This document shows, one piece after another, positions 1 to 8,868 of a DNA stretch of 21,593 nt. The stretch spans positions 1-21,593 of the forward strand of contig NW_021823714.1 of NCBI RefSeq assembly GCF_006345805.1. The letters are read 5' to 3'. This DNA is from Octopus sinensis. Lineage: Eukaryota. The notes below the pieces were generated by a model. That model saw only the letters and a program-made list of their open reading frames with translations. It was not told the origin of the DNA and did no database searches. Numbering within the stretch: the first letter of the stretch is position 1; every line of letters begins with the position of its first letter. The translations under genes and the position numbers were made by a program.

Positions 1-612
1 TTGGAAGGCCATAAAAAAGGCTGGGCTTGCATTTGAAAATGGTGATATAATCCCTTTCTTTTTCTGAGTCCCTGACCGTGTTGGCGTGTAGGAGTGTGGC
101 GTAGTGTTGTGAGGTTTCTGTGTTTTTGCTGTTTGTAGTTGTTAATAACCTCATAGAAAATGTTATTGTTAAGCATGGAGAACACTAGGTGTTTATAAAA
201 TTCCGTGTCCATAAGGACCACAGCACTCCCTTTGCCGCTTCTTTGATGGTGAGGTTTTTATCCAGTTGTATGTCACGTAGGTTTTCCCATTCTTCCTTAC
301 TGAAATTGGATTTTACCTTGGTTTTGCTTGGGGTAAAGGGGAGACTCTGGATGTGTTTACAGAAATCGTCCAGTGTTTTATTTCTCCCTTTTGGTGGTAG
401 GAAGTTGCTTTTATTTCTGATCAATGAATCGTCCCATTGTTGATATCTGTCAAAGCTTCTGTTAGGCGAAGTTTTCTGCAGAATTCAGAAATGTCATCCT
501 TGACCTCCGGGGGGTTTGGTGTTCTTGGGGTGGGTGTGAATTTCAAACCTCTTGCTAGGATGTTGATTTGGGTTGGTGTCAGTGTTTTGCTGGAGAGGTT
601 TATAATTTTTGT
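1..612 (-). mobile_element. Decayed Penelope-like retroelement (PLE) ORF, N-terminal region leading into the reverse transcriptase; continues beyond the left edge of the window
   Basis: Manual minus-strand translation across frameshifts gives KIINLSSKTLTPTQINILARGLKFTPTP...DISEFCRKLRLTE (about 612-450), then SNFSKEEWENLRDIQLDKNLTIKEA[D]KGSAVVLMDTEFYK (one-base deletion near 236 turns ADKG into AAKG), then EKERDYITIFKCKPSLFYGLP at the window edge. These match the characteristic PLE motifs NLS..L....L.KGL.F.PTP, IK.ADKG..VV.MD and FYGLPKIHK. A C/A-rich Pro/Thr-rich decayed stretch extends upstream to about 1020. Confidence 0.88.
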
Positions 613-1026
613 TTTCTATTTTGGGTCTGTGTTAGCGGTGGGTGTTTGTATTTTTCCCCTCTGTCTAAAAAATGGTTTGTTGAGGTAAGGGGTGTATTCT
701 TTGTTAAAGTTCTGGTTGTATGTGTAGGAGTGTTTTTGGGTGGGGAGGTTGGAGGGGGGGTAGGTAGTTGTCGTATTTGTGTTGGTATGGGATGCGATGG
801 TGTAAGGGTTTGTGAGAAATGCGATGGTTTGTGGGTGTGTGACTGTAGATTGTATGGGGGGATGTAGGGGGTATGTAGTTTGGTGGTGATTGGGTTCGTG
901 TGGGATGTGAGGGTTTGAGATCTGTAGGAGATGTGGTAGGAATGTGGTTGTTGGATGGGTGGACTATAGGGGGTTCGTTGGGTGGGTCTTATATGTATCG
1001 GTTGGGTAGGATGCCTTGTTTGTTAT

Positions 1027-1074
1027 TAGTGTGAAAATCAACTAGTGTGAAAATCAATATAGTGTGAAATCAAC
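1027..1074. repeat. Three tandem copies of a 15-17 nt unit, TAGTGTGAAA(A)TCAA
   Basis: tagtgtgaaaatcaac (1027-1042), tagtgtgaaaatcaata (1043-1059), tagtgtgaaatcaac (1060-1074). Confidence 0.9.
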
Positions 1075-1097
1075 ACACCCCACCATTTATTGATCTA

Positions 1098-1119
1098 ATA
1101 TATATATATATATATATTA

Positions 1120-1152
<33 letters not shown>
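1098..1152. repeat. (TA)n followed by (TG)n microsatellites
   Basis: Read directly from the sequence. Confidence 0.95.
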
Positions 1153-1153
<1 letters not shown>

Positions 1154-1324
1154 TGTACTTTTCCATTAAGAACAATGCGCTTACTTCGGCTCGTCATTCA
1201 TACTGGCTATCTTCGTTCAACGCTTTCGAGCATTATTTTTTTCATAGTGCTTCTTAAAAGCACGGAAATAGCAGTTTGTGTGTCATAGTTAAAGCAGACA
1301 CTTACACACACACACACCACACAC

Positions 1325-1366
<42 letters not shown>

Positions 1367-1369
<3 letters not shown>

Positions 1370-2567
1370 GAGTTGGATGAAATAATGGAAACACCTAGCA
1401 TCATAGCAACATAATTTTGAAATATCTATAAAACTGTCAAAAGCTTTATTTTTGTTTTTTGATTTATTATTAGTGTTGCTTAATATGTTTTGCTAAAATT
1501 GCTGTTTCTTTTCAGATATCATATGAAAAGGGTAATTAAAATTCATTAAAATGACAGATCTATCGGACTTTCAAAGAAGTCAAATTGTTGGTGCACGTAT
1601 GGCAGGCGCTAGCGTAACGAAAACAGCCGAAATGTTTGGTGTATCAAGAAGTACTGTATCGAAAGTTATGACAACTTTGAGAAAGAGGGAAAAAAACTTC
1701 CTCGTCGAAACAAAACTCCGGAAGAAAACCAAAATTTTCAGATAGGGAACGTTGGATTTTTACACGAATTGTTAGAAAGGATCACAAAAATACCGCTCCC
1801 AAAATTACTGCAGAGCTTAATGACCACCTCGAGAGCCCAATTTTCACAAAAATTGTTCGCCGGGAGCTGCACAAAGCCGGATTTCATGTGAGAGCTGCAT
1901 TTCAGAAAACCACTACTTTCAAAAACAAGCGTTACAAAGCGTGGAGTAAAAACCTACAGAATTGGTCCCTAGAGCAATGGAAGAATGTTATTTTCTAGGA
2001 CGAATCATCCTTTACCTTATTTCCGACCACCGGCCGTGTATACGTGTGAGACAGCCAAAAGAAACATTTGACCCAGACTACCTTCTTCCAACTGTTAAAC
2101 ATGGAGGAGGATCTATGATGATCTGGGAGGCTTATATCTTGGAAATCCGCCGACCCAATTGTTTCCCTTCATGGCAGAATTAATAGTCAAGACTAAGCAT
2201 TTTATCTGATCAAATTCATCCTATGGTTGCGGAACTGTTTCCACAGGGAAACGCAATCTTTCAGGATGATAATGCACCAATACACGCAACTTAAGTTGTT
2301 ACTGAATGGCACGAGGAACATTCTATTTATGGTGCATTTTAGAAAATCAAGTAAGGAGTCGATATCCTCTACCATCATCACTACAAGAACTGGAGATTGT
2401 TTTAGCTGAAGAATGGACAAAAACTCCTTTGGAAACAATTCAAACTTTGCATGATTCCATACCTCGTAGAATTCAAGCTGTAATTACTGGCAAAGGCGGT
2501 CCTACCCCATATTAAAATAAATTTGTTTTAATTTTTAAGGTGTTTCCATTATTTTGTCCAATCACTG
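1367..2567 (+). mobile_element. Complete-ended, inactive Tc1-family DNA transposon (1201 bp)
   Basis: 30-bp TIRs: left caggagttggatgaaataatggaaacacct (1367-1396); right (2538-2567), whose reverse complement is cagtgattggacaaaataatggaaacacct, 25/30 identical. TA flanks both ends (1365-1366 and 2568-2569). A transposase remnant lies inside. Confidence 0.95.
1551..2515 (+). pseudogene. Tc1 transposase pseudogene (frameshifts, stops and an internal deletion)
   Basis: N-terminal HTH-like MTDLSDFQRSQIVGARMAGASVTKTAEMFGVSRSTVSKV; WKNVIF*DESSF (first catalytic D at 1999-2001); TVKHGGGSMMIW; IFQDDNAPIH (2256-2285); LWCILENQVR...IPRRIQAVITGKGGPTPY*. The SPDLNPIE segment carrying the third catalytic residue is missing near 2325. 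Confidence 0.92.
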
Positions 2568-3264
2568 TATATATAAACGAGACTGCCTATATGTATTTAT
2601 TTTAAACTACGCGTATGTAAGAGCTGTTATCCCAAGTTGAATACTGCAGTTAATTAGGCGTTCTATGGTGTGTCTGATTTAAGTATGATACACAGTTTAT
2701 TATCTTAAACTAATACTGCTTCTGTTGCACATAGCAAATTTTTATTCGGCACTAGAAATTTTGCTTCATGCAGCTGTAACTCTTCGTTGTATATAGAAAA
2801 AAAACAAAGCAAGAACTGTATCCCGCACTGATTCTGTTTACCACTAACACTACATAGGAACAAGCTATATAGGAATTACAGAGATCTCTTCAAATGTTCT
2901 GTACCAAGACAACATTGTTTCATCAGTGAAAACTGCTGAATACTGCAACACAATCAACAATTCTAGCCATTGCATAAATGTGCACACGTATATGTGTATA
3001 CGTATATGTGTGTATATGTGTATGTGTGTACATGTATATGTATATGTATATATTTGTGTAGGTTGTTCAACAGGAAGTTATGAAGCACACATCTGTCATT
3101 TACGACAGGAGAGCCCATTATGTGTGTATGTGCATTAACTTGTAAATTCCAGCTTCAAAATAAAACTGATAAATTTTACTGTTACCGAATAGGTTCTTTA
3201 GTATCTGAAAACAAGTTGTTTCCCTAATTATTTACGCATATAGATATACACACACATACGTATA

Positions 3265-3410
3265 CGAGGTCTGATCAGAAAGTATCGGGACTGGTGCTAT
3301 AAAAAGAAAACTACAACATATATCAATTCGGTATTTAATCTCCTTCAGAAACTATACACTTTATCTAGCGTCGTTTCTATAGCTGGAAGCATTTTTGAAA
3401 ATCGGTGACT
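3265..3410 (+). mobile_element. Mariner-like left-end fragment
   Basis: TA (3263-3264) followed by cgaggtctgatcagaaagtatcgggactg resembles mariner termini of the TA|CGAGG type. No matching right end was found. Confidence 0.55.
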
Positions 3411-3770
3411 GTCTGGAAACCTCGTGACATACTTAGACTGTTGAAAAAATCGATAATACAGCCCCTGGAAGGGACCTTTATATCTACTTCATATAACTAA
3501 TTTTTTTAAGCACCCAAGAGAAATAACTCATTTCATTGCTTATGTTCGATTATTTTGAATATTGATGTTTTTTTGTATGTCCTATTTCTAATTTTTGCAG
3601 GCAATATCATTTTTATACTTTATTTGACACGTGAGTAGAATTCATGTCTGGAAACCTCGTGACATACTTAGATTGTTGAAAAAATCAATAATAGGTCCCT
3701 TCGAATGGATCCTTCTCTCTACTACATATTACTAATATTTTATTTAAACAACCCAAGGGAAATAACCCAT
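3411..3770 (+). repeat. Imperfect direct repeat of about 120-125 bp with a 235-bp period
   Basis: gtctggaaacctcgtgacatacttaga[c/t]tgttgaaaaaatc[g/a]ataata...cccaag[a/g]gaaataac[t/c]cat occurs at 3411-3531 and 3646-3770. Confidence 0.9.
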
Positions 3771-3928
3771 ACCACCTGCAGATTTTAGCGAAGCGATCAA
3801 TATTTCATTCTCACGATCAGCCAACGTAATTCTGCATTTCACTACTCACAGTTTTGAACTGCTAAACATTATTATTGCACTTCCTTAATTTGAATCTAAA
3901 ACACTAAAGATTTCATTTATACATTTCT

Positions 3929-4020
3929 ATACATACATACATACATACATACATACATACATACATACATACATACATACATACATACATACATACATAC
4001 ATACATACATACATACATAC
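3929..4020. repeat. (ATAC)n tetranucleotide microsatellite
   Basis: Perfect array read directly. Confidence 0.97.
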
Positions 4021-4084
4021 TTTTTTGAATGCACATTACTCCGATAATTCTGCACTTTTACAGTTACACTTTTTCCATGACAGA

Positions 4085-4154
4085 CATAGCGTGGATTCGA
4101 TTCTCATATCGTGGTTTCGATTCTTCATGCTGGCATAGCGTGGATTCGATTCTC
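4085..4154 (+). repeat. Three copies of a ~21-nt unit, CATAGCGTGGATTCGATTCTC
   Basis: Exact at 4085-4105 and 4134-4154; variant catatcgtggtttcgattcttc at 4105-4126. Confidence 0.9.
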
Positions 4155-4499
4155 GATTGCCAAATTTCATTTAACACTTCAACAGTACTTTTCTCACGGG
4201 AAAACAATAGTTTTTCTGTGAATGATAGCAGTTATGCATTTTCCAGATGCCTTCGCTAGACAGAATAATGCCTTGGCCTCTCGCCAACCTCCAAAAACCT
4301 CTCTCGCGAATCTCCAACAATCTCTCCCTCCTCCAGCTGACAGTTTTTTGTACTTTTTCGTGATGGAAAATACACCTTTTGTGGCAGTTATAACGAAATT
4401 GCTTTCTTATATCAGAATAATAAGGCGTTTCAATACAACATATTTACCCCACTGGAATTACCGGGTACACCAGCTAGTATAATATATACACACAAATAT

Positions 4500-4564
4500 A
4501 TTTACACACATACACAAATATAGATAGATAGAAGGGTATGTAAGTAGGTATGTATGTAGGTAGG

Positions 4565-4606
<42 letters not shown>

Positions 4607-4880
4607 TAGATAGATAGATAGATAGATAGAGTAAGCATTATACAGATAGATAATAACATATATATATGAGTATATATGCAATCACATATATATATGTTAT
4701 ATATATAATAATATATATATATATATACACATAAATATATTTGCATACAAACACCAAATAGAGAGATGTGCGTATTTGTTTGTATGCTTGTGTATATATA
4801 TATTATATATACATACCTATATATATGTGTGTGTGTGTCCATACACACACAAACGCACATACATGCACACACATACGCAT
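4500..4880. repeat. Compound (GATA)n/(TA)n/(CA)n low-complexity tract
   Basis: Read directly; (GATA)n core at about 4565-4630. Confidence 0.9.
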
Positions 4881-5334
4881 TCTTAAAGTTAACACCCAAC
4901 AAAATTTTTGTTCTTAGTTTGTTGTCTTCTACTCCTCTTCCTCCTCCTCCTCCTTTTATGCCTTACACTCCACCTCAACGTCATACTGTGTCCCATATAT
5001 AGAAATTATTCATGTGAACCTTAATCCAAGAAATCATGCGTCCGAAAACAAAATAAATAACTTTTTTTTATATATATATAAAAAAGATAAATAAATTAAT
5101 ATTTTTCTTTTCCTATTTTTTATTTTATATTTTTGCAATATATGGGAATGGTGGGAGCAGTGGTTTATGAATCTTCTTTTTCTTTTTACTTTGTTCAAAT
5201 TTGACTTGCAGTAAATATGTACCAAACACGGTTATATTTTGTTTACGGTTCACTGATTTTAGTATTTGAAACAGCTATTCATACAAGTGATTTTGTATGT
5301 TATTATATCCAGTCAACGTAGAAGCTTCTAGATG

Positions 5335-5533
5335 CCCACTCGACCTATTATAAATAGCAGCCATATTAACCTCAAATATCACAACCTAGTCATTAAATTA
5401 GGAAGGGCGTATTGGTCATGTTGACATAGAATCAACGGTGTTATGTATAAGCCGGCGGATGGGTTCAATCCGTAGTCGCTCGATATGCTAGAAACAGAAG
5501 CATAATCTTTCTCAAATCACAACCTAGTATCTT
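5335..5533 (+). repeat. Two adjacent fragments of a dispersed repeat family (gctagaaatagcagcc...ctcaaatcacaacc type)
   Basis: ctcaaatatcacaacctagt (5371-5390) and ctcaaatcacaacctagt (5511-5528), each preceded by (c)tcga...aaa(t/c)ag(c/a)ag. Related text recurs at about 14345-14422 (-), 14845-15005 (-), 16585-16715 (+) and 17120-17290 (+). Confidence 0.55.
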
Positions 5534-5585
5534 ATTCGTGAGACACTGCATTCATGAGATATTGCAGCAATAGATACTCATTTGC

Positions 5586-5787
5586 TCTTTTATTTGTTTC
5601 AGTCATTTGACTGTGGCCATGCTGGAGCACCGCCTTTAGTCGAGCAAATCGACCCCAGGACTAGTACTTATTCTATCGGTCTCTTTTGCCGAGCCGTTAA
5701 GTTACGGGGACATAAACACACCAGCATAGATTGTCAAGCGATGTTGGGGGAACAAACACAAACACGCAAACATACACATACACACAG

Positions 5788-5830
<43 letters not shown>

Positions 5831-5996
5831 TACGATGGTCTTCTTTCGGTTTCCGTCTACCAAATCCACTCACAAGGCTTTGGTCGGCCCTAGGCTATAG
5901 TAGAAGACACTTGCCCAAGGTGCTACGCAGTGGGATTGAACCCGGAACTATGTCGTTTGTAAGCAAGCTACTTACTACACAGGCACTCCTACGCCT
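5586..5996 (-). mobile_element. tRNA-derived SINE with CORE-like central domain and an internal (TA)/(TG) microsatellite
   Basis: Minus-strand head aggcgtaggagtgcctgtgtagtaag (A-box-like); B box GGTTCAATCCC (5932-5942); CORE-like gcaccttgggcaagtg; 3' tail ...cagtcaaatgactgaaacaaataaaaga. A second copy lies at 14499-14828. Confidence 0.85.
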
Positions 5997-6194
5997 GTAC
6001 AGTATATTTTAAAATAAAAATTGGGATGGCATTGCCAGAATGCCTTTTGCTCGACTAAAATGAACGGAAGTGCGTTTCTATGTTCTTTGCAATTTGTGTT
6101 GGGGTAAAGAAGTGTACGTACGAATGCGCGCTTGTGTGTGTGCGCGCGGTGTATGTCTGAGAAAACGTGCATGCGCATAAAAGAGAGATCATCA

Positions 6195-6604
6195 CAAGGT
6201 CCAGTCTTTGTTGCGGTTTGGTGGTTTTTGTGCCTCAGTGACTCTGAGAGCTGTGCCAGCGGGGTGCAAGCCTCTTGTAGGGTCTCCCATACTGGACAGA
6301 TCAAAGGATAGAGGATAGATTAATATGTGCCACTTTTTGCCAGAGGTAAAAATGGGTTTGCGTTGGACCAACAACCCTTCCTAAGAGAAAGAAGTTTTAG
6401 AAGAATCGATGATAATTCAAAACGTAAAAGACCTGAAGGAGAAAGGCCTTCTCTCAAGGCAAAAAAAAAAAGGCAGAATACGAAGACACGGTGGAAAAAG
6501 TAAGGGTCTAACAGGAGAGAGGCAGAAATATAGCCCAGGGTCGAGAATAATGGAGAAAAGTCGTCGATGGCCAATGCTCTTGGTGGGGAGAAGGACTTTC
6601 GTAA
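6195..6604 (+). mobile_element. Short RTE-clade-derived non-autonomous element: 5'-UTR-like head joined to the ORF C-terminal end
   Basis: The head gtgcctcagtgactctgagagctgtgcc...gtagggtctcccatactggacagatcaaaggatagagg resembles RTE/Rex3-type leaders (from recall). The tail translates IAQGRE*WRKVVDGQCSWWGEGLS* (6530-6604), matching the RTE C-terminal AQDR..WR..V...C motif, and is followed by a (GACA/GGCA)n tail. Confidence 0.6.
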
Positions 6605-6612
6605 TGAAAGAG

Positions 6613-6630
6613 TGAGACAGACAGACAGGT

Positions 6631-6661
<31 letters not shown>

Positions 6662-6685
6662 TAGACAGACAGGCAGGCAGGCAGA
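6613..6685. repeat. (GACA)/(GGCA)n microsatellite
   Basis: Read directly. Confidence 0.95.
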
Positions 6686-7399
6686 CTAGCAGTCATTCAG
6701 ACAGAAGTAGACAGAATCGGAGAGAAAAATGATAGAGGAAAGGCAGCTTGAAGGTGCATACAGTTTATGTATGTTTACATTTGTATATATGGGGGTGCGG
6801 ATGACTGAAAGCACGAGACCGGCAAATAGATAGAGTGTACAGGTGTGTGTGTGTGTGTGTGTGTGTGGTACGTACATGCATGTATTTGTTAGCAAGTATC
6901 TGCAGAGCTGCAGATATATGTGTGCGTGCATACTTGCATGAGTATATGTATGCATGAGAGAGAGAGAGAGAGAGAGAGAGAGTAAATTTAGCATAGTTGA
7001 ATGAATGAAAGAATTTTCGCAATTATATAGTATCGGGATCGATCTCAATGTGTAGCATTCAAGATACGTGTCTTTTAGGCCACTGGTCTACAGAATCCTT
7101 ATGCGTGAATTTAGGTTGGTGGAATTTGTTATAAAATAACCTGTTCCATTTTTTCTCCATATTTAGTGCATATCTTATCGTTAGAATAAAAAGTATTTAC
7201 TGTGGTAATGACCTATTTCATTATTGATCAAAATTTATCAATCTAGTTATGGTTCTTGATCACCATCTAAAAATGATTTCTACTCTAGAAATAAATATTC
7301 ATTCACACATACGCATACACACTCGCTGCACACTTAAATACACACGCACATACAAATATTTCTGCAGGTGTTTGTGTGCGTCTTTCTCTCTCCCTCTCT

Positions 7400-7423
7400 C
7401 TACCTCCCTCTCTCTTTCTCTTT

Positions 7424-7454
<31 letters not shown>

Positions 7455-7483
7455 CTACTAATATAGGATGAACTCTCTCTCTC

Positions 7484-7534
<51 letters not shown>

Positions 7535-7552
7535 TACTAATATAGGATGAAA
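7400..7552 (+). repeat. Tandem duplication of (CT)n-(TA)n-CTACTAATATAGGATGAA
   Basis: tactactaatataggatgaa occurs at about 7453-7472 and 7532-7551, each after a (TA)n run preceded by (CT)n. Confidence 0.85.
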
Positions 7553-8169
7553 AATTCTGTTGGCTAGCTTTCCCCAATTTCAGCACGACGTGTATTTATA
7601 GTGAGTGTATAATATGTGGAAATTGACGATTTAAAGACTGTTATCAGCATATTGGCATGAAAATAATTTCTTTTTTGCCCTTCTTTATAAGTTATATATG
7701 TGTGTGTGTATGTGTGTGTGTGTGTGTGTGTGTGTATGTATATATGTATGCATATATATATGTACATATACATATATATACTTACATACATATACACACA
7801 TATATATACACTAACACACAATATATAGAGAGCGTGATATTGAGAGAGATACACACATATGTGTATACATCTATGCATTTTTCTACGTGTGCATGCATTT
7901 ATGGATGTATGTATATATTACAAGTGGCCACATGGCTATTCCCATGGTAGCCGTTTTGTAACGCCATGCATCTGCTTGATGATGATGATCTTGATCATGA
8001 TTATGATGTTCATCATCATCATCATGCTGATTGTGAGGGAGTCAACCTCACTGATGCTGCAAGTTGGGCATTCAATACATTTCGAGCGTTATTCATGATC
8101 TTTAACATTCACTGTGTTGCTTAACCAAACGTGAATATTTGAACATAAAACAAAAAAGATACGCAATGT

Positions 8170-8452
<283 letters not shown>

Positions 8453-8577
8453 AAGAGGGCAGAAAAATAGGCAGACAGACAGAGAATTAAATACCTGCGT
8501 GTTTAGGTAGTTTTATACATATGACGGTAGTCAAATAACTGAAACAAGTAAAAAATTATATATATATATATATATAG

Positions 8578-8868
8578 TTAATCAAAAAACGGTGGGGAGA
8601 GACAACAAGAAAAAACAGCAACGTGAGGACAGGGTACATACACAGTTTTAATGAGATGCTCAGAGAAGGAAAGAAAGAGTGGTAGTTTTACGTTTCGAGT
8701 AAAGCCCTTCTTCGGAAACAGGAGACATAGGAAAGTCCAAAAGAATGGGAACGAGGTAAAAAAAATCGCCAACAGTCTACGAGTAGTTACATTTAGGAAT
8801 GGCCAGAAGTAGATGGACAAAAAGAAAGTGCTTTCTGGGGACAGGAGAGTGTAAGGAATGGTTGGCAT
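8578..8868 (-). mobile_element. PLE-type terminal-repeat fragment (copy A) carrying a hammerhead-like motif
   Basis: Contains the motif at 8685-8719. Homologous to 10659-10775 (for example aaatcgccaacagtctacgagtagttaca versus aaatcgccaaaagtacatttgtagttaca). Abuts a (TA)n run at its left end. Confidence 0.6.
8685..8719 (-). ncRNA. Minimal type-I hammerhead ribozyme-like motif, copy A
   Basis: Minus strand reads GTTT CCGAAGA A GGG CTTTA CTC GAA ACGT A AAAC: stem I GTTT/AAAC, core CCGANGA (C in place of U4), stem II GGG/CTC, GAAA, palindromic ACGT in place of stem III, predicted cleavage after GUA. Confidence 0.7.

Larger units (their letters stand above)
3411..4477 (+). mobile_element. Putative non-autonomous Helitron-like element (3' end supported, 5' limit uncertain)
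   Basis: The end has a hairpin taccc...gggta (4445-4467), 6 nt, then CTAG (4474-4477) followed by T, which is the Helitron 3'-terminal signature. The interior has tandem repeats and an (ATAC)n tract. Confidence 0.55.

Noticed and set aside
1212-1248. Minus-strand ...atgaaaaaaataatgctcgaaagcgttga as a third hammerhead near the PLE
   Set aside because: It has CTCGAAA but no C(U/C)GANGA core, no stem II partner and no ACGU palindrome.
2900-2945. 39-nt minus-strand exon candidate (YSAVFTDENNVVL)
   Set aside because: The donor is weak (gtacag), the peptide is unrecognised, and such matches are expected by chance in 21 kb.
4085-4154. CRISPR-like repeat array
   Set aside because: Two of the three repeats are contiguous with no spacer, the only gap is about 7 nt, the context is eukaryotic and there are no cas genes.
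6199-6320. Canonical HDV-like ribozyme using GTCCAGT/ACTGGAC as P1
   Set aside because: P3/L3 does not form immediately before the P1 3' strand and the GG for P1.1 is absent. It is kept only as an unclassified structured leader.
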